Made by a program: the position numbers and the translations under genes. Of a DNA stretch of 64,000 nucleotides, positions 1-7,074 are shown piece after piece. A model generated the notes under the pieces. That model made no database searches, had not been told where the DNA came from, and saw only the letters and a list, made by a program, of their open reading frames with translations. Source of the DNA: a virus; IMG/VR virus record IMGVR_UViG_3300006793_000013. One strand, written 5' to 3'. Position 1 is the first letter of the stretch, and each line of letters starts with the position of its first letter.

Positions 1-115
1 ACCTAGTTCCGCTCGGTAGAGCAATGTGATCCTCAGTCTCTCAACCTTGAACCTGGGTACCACCCCTAACTAGTCAAGTTCGACCCTTCTGGTAAAGGCC
101 TCTTCCTTGCACTAT
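1..115 (-). ncRNA. Candidate structured RNA, truncated by the window edge
   Basis: No ORF; lies downstream of a sigma70 promoter. Hairpins at 85-98, 55-65 and 11-22; crossing pairs 74-78/46-50 and 68-73/3-8. Family not identified. Confidence 0.4.
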
Positions 116-152
116 AAACAAAAGTCAATTACTCTTTTGTTGCTATATTATT

Positions 153-180
153 AATATAACACAAAATAAGTATTTGTCAA
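153..180 (-). promoter_or_regulatory. Sigma70-type (early) promoter
   Basis: Minus strand TTGACA (180-175), 16-nt spacer, extended -10 TG-T-TATATT (161-153). Confidence 0.65.
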
Positions 181-201
181 CCTATTTCATTTTGGACAAA
201 A

Positions 202-396
202 CTATATGTTATTACTTGAAGTAACAGATATATGTTTTAGTACTTTGCCAGTATTTTCGCCACTTTTTACAGTATATCCACTAGTACCGCTGCCATTAAT
301 GTTTGGCTCAGAACGTGACATCATTAAGATGCGTTCCTTACGAGCTCTCATTTTTGCCTCGCGGTATGTTTTGTGTAAATGATCGAATCTGTTCAT
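202..396 (-). CDS. Small basic hypothetical protein (64 aa) downstream of a glutamine riboswitch
   Basis: Start reassigned from 435 to ATG 396, which follows AAGGAG; ATG 435 lies inside the riboswitch P3 stem. Confidence 0.7.
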   Translation of the reverse strand: MNRFDHLHKTYREAKMRARKERILMMSRSEPNINGSGTSGYTVKSGENTGKVLKHISVTSSNNI

Positions 397-420
397 AACA
401 CCCTCCTTTTTAAAGTTAGG

Positions 421-468
421 TGCGTTCCTTCGCATAATGCTACTTCCGTCCCGATTGGGATGAACGAT
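421..468 (-). promoter_or_regulatory. Glutamine riboswitch (glnA-type three-way junction with E-loop)
   Basis: Minus strand ATCGTTC-A-TCCC-AATC-GGGA-CGGAAGTA-GCA-TTA-TGC-GAAG-GAACG-CA: P1 CGTTC/GAACG, P2, P3 and the CGGAAGTA/GAAG junction strands match the glnA motif as recalled. Confidence 0.85.
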
Positions 469-473
469 ACTAT

Positions 474-479
474 TATTTA
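474..479 (-). promoter_or_regulatory. T4-type late promoter (TAAATA)
   Basis: TAAATA ends 5 nt before the riboswitch 5' end and follows the capsid-gene terminator. Confidence 0.65.
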
Positions 480-484
480 GTCAT

Positions 485-516
485 AAAAAAAGGGCGATAT
501 AAAAATACCGCCCTTT
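485..516 (-). terminator. Rho-independent terminator of the head operon
   Basis: Minus strand GGGCGGTAT-TTTT-ATATCGCCC followed by a T run, ~30 nt after the capsid stop. Confidence 0.8.
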
Positions 517-542
517 AGTAGATTTAAAAAATCTAAACTTGC

Positions 543-1715
543 TTACGCAAATCTTAGGTTTGCAGATGTTACTGCAACTTTGCCTAAGTAGTCAGCCGCA
601 TTACCAAGAGATGATGCAGTGTTTGTTAACTCTACATAACCATATCTTGTCATGAAACTTACAACTGGCTCAAATGTACCTGGATCAAGTACAACACCGC
701 TTGACATCAAAGGAATGTATGGGCAGTAGAACGCAGGTGCGTCTGATTCCGAAGAACCTTTGTAACCGATCAACACATCGTCGTCAGTTGCATAACCGTT
801 TACGTACACACGCATTGCACTGTTTAAAGTTCCTACAAACTTAGTGTTTGTTGGTGCTTCAAAAGTACCTTCAGTTGTTCTTGCGAACGCTGAAGTTGTA
901 GCAGATTGTAACAACGTTAATACTGTTGGTGAAACAACAGCGTAGTTACCTGCGCCACGTCTTGTACGCTGTGCAATTAAGTTTGCAACTCTGTTGATTT
1001 GAACAGCTAAAGCAGCATGTTCGTCACCAACGAAAGTAGCAGTACCTGATACTGCACCTTGGTCATAAGTTAAAGCAGCCGTACCAGCAAGTGTTTTCAA
1101 TGATTGAATAACTTCTTGGTCAATTTCAGCTGTTATTTCTTGTGCTAAAGCAGCCATTACTTCTGCTTCGATGTCAATGCCCTGTTGAGCTTGTGCATCT
1201 TGAGCAGCTTCAAACGTCCAACGAGCACTCAACTTACGAGTTTTCGCTTCAACAGTTTGTTTCAAGATTTGAATGCTTAATCTGTTTCCAGCTACACCTT
1301 CTAAAGCTGCTGTAGAAGCTGCTTTATCATTAGTAGCACCAGAATAACCTTCTGCAATCTTGAATGGTGATAGTGCTTCGTCACCTGCTGTAGTGTCAGT
1401 TCCACTTGCAGAGTTGAATGCATCAGCATAACGTACTCTTAATGTGTGGATTTGACCAACAGGTCCAGTCATTGGCTGTACACCAACCAATTCGTTTGCG
1501 ATGACAGTTGGCATCACACGTCTGATCACTGGAAGGATCACACGGTTTAGTGTTGCAACGTTACCGGCAGAAGTAGCACCTGCAGTGGCAGACTCGTTCA
1601 AATACGTGCGGGTATTCTCTAGAGTTGTTGCCATAACAGTACGCTTGTTACCTTGAAGTCCTTCTAAAAGGGCATCTTTGGTTTCTGACCAGCGACTTTC
1701 TAGTAGTTGTGACAT
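543..1715 (-). CDS. gp23: Major capsid protein (T4 gp23 family)
   Basis: ANELVGVQPMTGPVGQI, KTRKLSARWTFEAAQD, EITAEID and FYCPYIPL...TRYG motifs; AAGGAG RBS. Confidence 0.97.
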   Translation of the reverse strand: MSQLLESRWSETKDALLEGLQGNKRTVMATTLENTRTYLNESATAGATSAGNVATLNRVILPVIRRVMPTVIANELVGVQPMTGPVGQIHTLRVRYADAFNSASGTDTTAGDEALSPFKIAEGYSGATNDKAASTAALEGVAGNRLSIQILKQTVEAKTRKLSARWTFEAAQDAQAQQGIDIEAEVMAALAQEITAEIDQEVIQSLKTLAGTAALTYDQGAVSGTATFVGDEHAALAVQINRVANLIAQRTRRGAGNYAVVSPTVLTLLQSATTSAFARTTEGTFEAPTNTKFVGTLNSAMRVYVNGYATDDDVLIGYKGSSESDAPAFYCPYIPLMSSGVVLDPGTFEPVVSFMTRYGYVELTNTASSLGNAADYLGKVAVTSANLRFA

Positions 1716-1726
1716 TGTTTTTCTCC

Positions 1727-2821
1727 TTAAACTTTTAAGCCCGCAAGCCTGCGGATGTCAAATATCTCAGCAGTTTTTTCTCCACTGCTAATTTGATTGC
1801 CTTGTGCTTTATCGCCTGTTATTTCTTTTGCCTCTGTCAACGCCACTTTAGTTGGAGCACTTCCTTCCATTACGGAATTAATGTACTTGTCAAAAGCTGC
1901 GTGTAATTTATTAGTCTGTACAGATTCTAGTAACTCACCCATTACCTCACGCTTCTCTGCTGACAATGGTCCTAGCAATTCTGCCATTACTTCTTGTCTA
2001 GCTGCGCTATCTTTGATACGAGCAATCTCTGCATCTCGACTTTCTACTAACTCTTTAGACTCTGCAACAACTTTCGCTGCTTCTGCTACTTCTGCTTCTT
2101 TCTGTTTTACAACTTTAAGAAGTTTTGAAGTTTCAGATTTTTCATTTAAATGGCTAGTAGCATATTCACTTGCGAATGATTCAAAAAGTCTGCGACCGAA
2201 GTCGTTTTCTCTCGCTGCCTGAATATCTTCTTTCAATTGTACCATTTCAGATTTAATACCTTTCGATACTGTACCTTCAACGATTTTCGATGCTTTATTG
2301 ATAAAGTCTTTCTTAACTTCTTCAAATTTAGCCTTGCTATCTCTAACAAGTTTAACTTTGGTTTCTGCTAAGTCTTTCTTATCAGCATGGAATTCTGCAA
2401 TTTCTTTCGAAAGTGCATCAACAATAAAAGATTCAAGTTTAGCAACATTACCTGCAACTGCTTTACGATCTTCACGAAGTTCTGCTAATTCATTCTTAAG
2501 ATTTTTAAGAACAAATGCTTCCATAGCTTTAGAATCTTTTACGATTTTTTCAGCATATTTTGCTTTAGCTTCAATAAGTCCTTGGCGGTCTTCAGCAAAC
2601 TCAGAAAGCTCTGCTGTAATTCTGTCAGCCAGCATTTTCTCAACTGCTTCAACCATTGCGGTCTTATCGTGTTCGTACTTCTGTGCATATTCTTCACGCA
2701 ATTGTGTAGTAACATTATCACGGTTATCTTGAACGGTTTTTTCCCAAGCGGTCTCAATTTCCGACTTGACTTCTTCGGAAATCACATTGTTTTCAAATAG
2801 TTGTTTTACAAACTCTAGCAT
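1727..2821 (-). CDS. gp22: Prohead core scaffold (gp22-like)
   Basis: Charged coiled-coil protein between protease and capsid, the T4 21-22-23 order. Confidence 0.8.
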   Translation of the reverse strand: MLEFVKQLFENNVISEEVKSEIETAWEKTVQDNRDNVTTQLREEYAQKYEHDKTAMVEAVEKMLADRITAELSEFAEDRQGLIEAKAKYAEKIVKDSKAMEAFVLKNLKNELAELREDRKAVAGNVAKLESFIVDALSKEIAEFHADKKDLAETKVKLVRDSKAKFEEVKKDFINKASKIVEGTVSKGIKSEMVQLKEDIQAARENDFGRRLFESFASEYATSHLNEKSETSKLLKVVKQKEAEVAEAAKVVAESKELVESRDAEIARIKDSAARQEVMAELLGPLSAEKREVMGELLESVQTNKLHAAFDKYINSVMEGSAPTKVALTEAKEITGDKAQGNQISSGEKTAEIFDIRRLAGLKV

Positions 2822-2831
2822 TGTGATTCTC

Positions 2832-3464
2832 CTACGTTTTATTAAGACTTGAAATGAAGTTTTTCAAGCTCTCTGCTATATATCTTTGTGCCTGTGTGTC
2901 GCCTTGGACTTCTTGTGCCACTTGAAATGCCTTGTAGCCACCTTGTGCATTCATAAGGTGTTCGTAAACTGGTGTTGGATATGCTCCCGGGGCAGATGGT
3001 TGAGCTACAACATCAACAGTAATAATTTCAAATCCTTGAACATTACCATCTCCGTCAACTTCCCCTGAACCTCTGCTTGAGACTCCCAACTTGACTCCTG
3101 ATTCCAACATCGATGAAACAATTTGTCCCATCGGCGTTGGTAACATTTTAAGTTTTCCGTAGCCATTTGGACCATCCATCCACATTTTTGTAATCATGTG
3201 ACTGACCCTGTCCAAATTGATGCGTAAATCTTGTGGGTGATCAACTTCACCTAGCACTGAATACCCCCCAGAAATCTGTTCGTTGAGCGTCTTGACAGCC
3301 CTATCAATTTCTTTAGAAGAATAAACACGCTGATTAGCGTTACGAATGTCACCTTGAATACAGATTCCACTCAAATGTAACGACTTACCGTCCGCCTGCT
3401 CATCACGCTCAATTACGATTTTAGCCTGATCGAAGCTCAGATGTTCTGCTAGTGTAGTTTTCAC
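2832..3464 (-). CDS. gp21: Prohead core protease (gp21 family)
   Basis: GEVDHP, VSH, LGVSSRGSG and DVVAQPSAPGA motifs. Confidence 0.95.
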   Translation of the reverse strand: MKTTLAEHLSFDQAKIVIERDEQADGKSLHLSGICIQGDIRNANQRVYSSKEIDRAVKTLNEQISGGYSVLGEVDHPQDLRINLDRVSHMITKMWMDGPNGYGKLKMLPTPMGQIVSSMLESGVKLGVSSRGSGEVDGDGNVQGFEIITVDVVAQPSAPGAYPTPVYEHLMNAQGGYKAFQVAQEVQGDTQAQRYIAESLKNFISSLNKT

Positions 3465-3482
3465 TTATAGTCTTCCTTTTTA

Positions 3483-4421
3483 CTATCGTTTGCTACGGAA
3501 AATCGATTGCTTGTTATCAGCTGATTCGCCTGCACCTTTCTTTTCAGCACCATGTCCTTTTGTGCTGTCCATTTTAGTTGCATTCTTTGAACCAGGTGTG
3601 TTAACGTTTCCTGCATTCTCTTCTTTAGGTGTAATATCAGCTAGGCCACCGTCATTTTTACCTGACTCTTCGCCGCCTTTTACGATATTAGCTGTAGTTC
3701 CGCCCATGTCGTTTTTCATATTGTCAACAACTGACTTCTTGTTGTCTGCGCCTTCAGCAGCACCTTTTGTTTCAGCACCGTGTCCGCCAGCAACTTTTTC
3801 TACGTACTCTCTAAAAGTATCTAATTCGTCAACTTCTGGAGCAGCTTCTGGAGCAGCTTCTGGAGCAAAAGCTTCTTCTTCTGAATCCATGTCGCCTTCT
3901 TCTCCGTCTTCACCTTTGATTTCGTCAAATTTTGCTTGTAACTCATCAACGATTGAATCTAGATCTTGGAATAACTCTTCTGGCTCTTTATCGCCTTCTT
4001 CTGAGTCTGCATCAACTTCTGATTCTAAATCGTCTGTAGCGTCGCCACCCATATCAGGCATATCGTCTTCGCCTTCAATTGCAACGTCTTCAAACTCTTC
4101 GTCGACTTCTTCGTCTTTTGAGTCTTCTTTAACTTCGTCTTCGTCAGTAGCTTCGTCAACTTTGTCTTCTGCGTCATCGTCTGATGCTTCATCAACTTTG
4201 TCTTCTGCTGCATCATCATCTTTAGATGCTTCGTCAACTGCTTCGTCTTCGTTATCTGAAGTTTCGTCTACTTCCTCATCTTTCATTTCTTCTTCAATAA
4301 GGTTTTCGTAGATTTCACGTGATTTAGAAACCACGTACTCGTGAAATAATTCTTCTGCTTTCTCTTGGTTATCGTTAACCAAGTTCTCAAGCATTTGTTC
4401 TAATGTAGATTTATCTGCCAT
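3483..4421 (-). CDS. Highly acidic prohead core/scaffold-like protein
   Basis: Asp/Glu-rich and low complexity with repeated VDEA; sits just upstream of the protease with its own late promoter. Confidence 0.6.
   Translation of the reverse strand: MADKSTLEQMLENLVNDNQEKAEELFHEYVVSKSREIYENLIEEEMKDEEVDETSDNEDEAVDEASKDDDAAEDKVDEASDDDAEDKVDEATDEDEVKEDSKDEEVDEEFEDVAIEGEDDMPDMGGDATDDLESEVDADSEEGDKEPEELFQDLDSIVDELQAKFDEIKGEDGEEGDMDSEEEAFAPEAAPEAAPEVDELDTFREYVEKVAGGHGAETKGAAEGADNKKSVVDNMKNDMGGTTANIVKGGEESGKNDGGLADITPKEENAGNVNTPGSKNATKMDSTKGHGAEKKGAGESADNKQSIFRSKR
3833..3867. repeat. 12-bp coding tandem repeat (~2.9 copies, APEA repeat)
   Basis: CTTCTGGAGCAG twice plus an 11-nt partial copy. Confidence 0.85.
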
Positions 4422-4462
4422 TTTTGTTCTCCTTGAAATTATCGGTAAGGCTGTTTGTTATA

Positions 4463-4468
4463 TATTTA
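4463..4468 (-). promoter_or_regulatory. Late promoter TAAATA for scaffold-protease-capsid operon
   Basis: TAAATA ~40 nt upstream of the 4421 start. Confidence 0.65.
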
Positions 4469-4490
4469 CATAATTGTTGTAAAAATAGGG

Positions 4491-5138
4491 TTAAATGGTA
4501 TTATTTTGACTCATTTTGTGTTGATATATAGTTCCTTCGAAGGTATTCTCAAAATCACGCATACTAATGTGTTTTAAATTTGTATGCTGTGGACCTAGTT
4601 TATCGGGTATAAATGCGCCATCATCAATGATTCTATAAAAGGTTACCTTGGTAAATTCCTTAATTACCTTTTCTGTTTGGCTTAGCCAATTGCCAAAAAA
4701 CGTTGCAGAATCAGTAGTTTTCTTGTAATTAAAGGTGTCTGCGTATACATTATTAAACTTTCCTTTAAGTCCTTGATAGTCAAATCCAGCAATATAAATG
4801 TGTCTATGGCCGTTTTGTGCTGCAAACCATAGTGCAGTAGGACCGCTACTCCATCCTTTGTGTGGACTAAAATAGTTAATATTACTATTAGTTTTAATCC
4901 CTTTGTTAGGATTAGTCCATACTGTACCCTTTTGATGGTAGTTTGCTTCAATCATCTCATTAACCATTTTAACATCTACTGCTACAACGTAATGAGGATC
5001 AAACTCTCTGTATTGTGCATTACAACCATATACTGTTCCAATGTTTAAAAGTTTTTCACAGTTAATGGTGCCGCGGCTCATGCCGTTGCCTAATACGAAT
5101 GCTATATCTTTGTGGTGTTTTTTATTCTTCTTGCTCAA
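4491..5138 (-). CDS. Putative nucleotide-sugar transferase-like protein (GT29/MptE-like fold)
   Basis: AFVLGNGMSR...VYGCNA...VAVD...WSSGPTA...IYIAGFDY motif order; TTG start. Confidence 0.45.
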   Translation of the reverse strand: MSKKNKKHHKDIAFVLGNGMSRGTINCEKLLNIGTVYGCNAQYREFDPHYVVAVDVKMVNEMIEANYHQKGTVWTNPNKGIKTNSNINYFSPHKGWSSGPTALWFAAQNGHRHIYIAGFDYQGLKGKFNNVYADTFNYKKTTDSATFFGNWLSQTEKVIKEFTKVTFYRIIDDGAFIPDKLGPQHTNLKHISMRDFENTFEGTIYQHKMSQNNTI

Positions 5139-5361
5139 GCTTCGCCCCGTACATTTGTCTAATAAAATCTAGCTCTGATTCTTTTTCAGCAACATGAGCT
5201 TCGGATTGTAATCTTAATTGATTAATCTGACGTAATGTAAGGCGTACTTTTCTAGTGTCATCTTTTGAAAGGACATCGTCATCTTTCTTGTTGTCGTAAC
5301 GACGGTCGACGGAAAAGTCGTTAACGTCATCATTAAAATATAAAAATTCTCTCAAAAGCAT
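5122..5361 (-). CDS. Hypothetical protein (79 aa), possibly head-associated
   Basis: Follows portal with its own TAAATA; MLLRE N-terminus. Confidence 0.6.
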   Translation of the reverse strand: MLLREFLYFNDDVNDFSVDRRYDNKKDDDVLSKDDTRKVRLTLRQINQLRLQSEAHVAEKESELDFIRQMYGAKLEQEE

Positions 5362-5366
5362 ACTAG

Positions 5367-5372
5367 TATTTA
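5367..5372 (-). promoter_or_regulatory. Late promoter TAAATA
   Basis: Abuts the portal stop, 5 nt before ATG 5361 (near-leaderless transcript). Confidence 0.5.
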
Positions 5373-7067
5373 TTAAACTGCAGGTGTTTCTGCTGTTTCT
5401 CCGCCACTTACATCATCAGCAGGAGGTGCTTCAGTTGGTGCTTCTGTTTCTTCAGCTGCGCCGTCTGCTGCCATTCCTGTAGGTGTAACACCCACCGATC
5501 TTAATTCACCGCCTGCGTCTCCAGGCTCTTGTAAATTACCTGCATTTTCTTCTCTCCACAATTTTTCATTTTCTACAATTTCTTCTTGCGTTAATCCTAA
5601 GTAACGCTTCATTGCAAAACGTTTACTTAAATGTGGAATTGCGTCTACAACACTAAAGATGTTCGCTCTAGTAGTATCAAGTTCTGCTTGTCTGTATGCC
5701 GCAAAGTTTTGTGGTGGTTGGAAGTTAATATTAAACAGTGATGCATCAATGTTATAGCCGTTACCGTCTAACCAAAGTTTAAACTCTTTGTCAAACGCTT
5801 CACACATAATGCTTTGAAGTCTTTCACAGTATTTGTTAAATCTTAATTCTTGGATATATGCTGTTCCTACTTTACCGTCTGAAACAGTGTTTGCTTGTTC
5901 ATCAATTGATGTTGGCAAATAACTTGCAGGAATACGTAATGCTCTAAACAGTTTATTTGTAAAATATTTTAAGTCTGTAATTTCACCTAGGTTAGTACCA
6001 CCTGGTAATGTTTCAACTTTAGATCCTCTTCCTTCTGCTGTTTGTGGAAAGAAGTAATCTTCATTGGTTGATAGTGGATTATAACTTGCGTCAATAACAC
6101 TAGTTCCACCGCCTGTCGAACTAGGAATACGTCTTTGTTGGATTTCATTTTTAACTTTTTCAACAAAGCTCATTGCCATGTGTGCAGGCATGTTACCTAC
6201 ATCAACATAAAAAATTCTTCTTTCTGGAGCACGTTGAATTCTATAAATGATAATTGCATCTTCTAGCAATTCTTTTTGCTTGTAAACTTTAAACACACTT
6301 TCGAGTAATGAGTTACCAAAAGGATAATTGTTATCTAATCCTTCTGATAACGAAATGTGTACAATATGTTTTGCGTCTACTGTAATTTCGTTTTGTCCGT
6401 TTTGAAAACGTGTGCCTGTTGGCTGTGCTGCATCACCTACCATGCCACGTGCAAATCCGCCACCGCTTGTATATGAACTTGTTCCGCTTGGTGATGTATT
6501 TGTTGTGCCGTGTGGTGTAGTTGCAACTAAATCTTTAAAATTAAAATTAATATCTTTAATTACATACTGCTCTGGAATCTTTCCTAAAGATTCGTTAACA
6601 ATAATTTTAGAAACTTTTGCGTTATCAATATAAAGTAATTTTTTAGTTTCTGGATCTCTTAAAAAGAATGCATCACCGTACTTGAAAGTGTTACGCACAA
6701 TACGAAACATACGTGTTTCAAACTGTTGCGACTTGCTCCACTTCTGCATTGCTTCTTTAAGAAGTTTAGTTTCAGTGCCGGAAGGTTGTCCTCTAAAGTT
6801 AAAGTTAAAATTACTTAAATTCCCGCTGTCTTTTCCTGTACAAAATTCTGCAAGAATATCTAGTGCTGCGTTTACTTCTGAATCCATATCCATGGTGTCG
6901 TACTGCATGTATTTTTCAATACGGTTTGGACTACCAGCATATACGTCTGGAAGATACGAACTGTAGTTTGAACGTGCAGGACCAGGACGGCCTCCTCCAC
7001 TTATTGGGCTGTAACTACCCGAGTTATTATCAACTGCTACAGGTGTAAAATATTTTTTCCAACTCAT
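5373..7067 (-). CDS. gp20: Portal protein (gp20 family)
   Basis: LLEDAIIIYRIQRAPERRIFYVDVGNMP and EDYFFPQTAEGRGSKVETLPGG motifs. Confidence 0.97.
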   Translation of the reverse strand: MSWKKYFTPVAVDNNSGSYSPISGGGRPGPARSNYSSYLPDVYAGSPNRIEKYMQYDTMDMDSEVNAALDILAEFCTGKDSGNLSNFNFNFRGQPSGTETKLLKEAMQKWSKSQQFETRMFRIVRNTFKYGDAFFLRDPETKKLLYIDNAKVSKIIVNESLGKIPEQYVIKDINFNFKDLVATTPHGTTNTSPSGTSSYTSGGGFARGMVGDAAQPTGTRFQNGQNEITVDAKHIVHISLSEGLDNNYPFGNSLLESVFKVYKQKELLEDAIIIYRIQRAPERRIFYVDVGNMPAHMAMSFVEKVKNEIQQRRIPSSTGGGTSVIDASYNPLSTNEDYFFPQTAEGRGSKVETLPGGTNLGEITDLKYFTNKLFRALRIPASYLPTSIDEQANTVSDGKVGTAYIQELRFNKYCERLQSIMCEAFDKEFKLWLDGNGYNIDASLFNINFQPPQNFAAYRQAELDTTRANIFSVVDAIPHLSKRFAMKRYLGLTQEEIVENEKLWREENAGNLQEPGDAGGELRSVGVTPTGMAADGAAEETEAPTEAPPADDVSGGETAETPAV

Positions 7068-7074
7068 ATACTTT

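Noticed and set aside
1-115. TPP riboswitch or tRNA
   Set aside because: TAGGGGTG and TGAGA occur on the minus strand, but the AUACCC/GAACCUGAU core is missing in order; no cloverleaf or T-loop.
397-435. ORF-track start at ATG 435 (77 aa)
   Set aside because: ATG lies inside the riboswitch P3 stem with no RBS; ATG 396 has AAGGAG.
519-535. AT-only hairpin TAGATTT/AAATCTA after the capsid stop
   Set aside because: Weak; the adjacent GC-rich hairpin with T tail accounts for termination.
3490-4311. 273-aa Ser-rich plus-strand ORF
   Set aside because: Antisense shadow of the Asp/Glu-rich scaffold gene.
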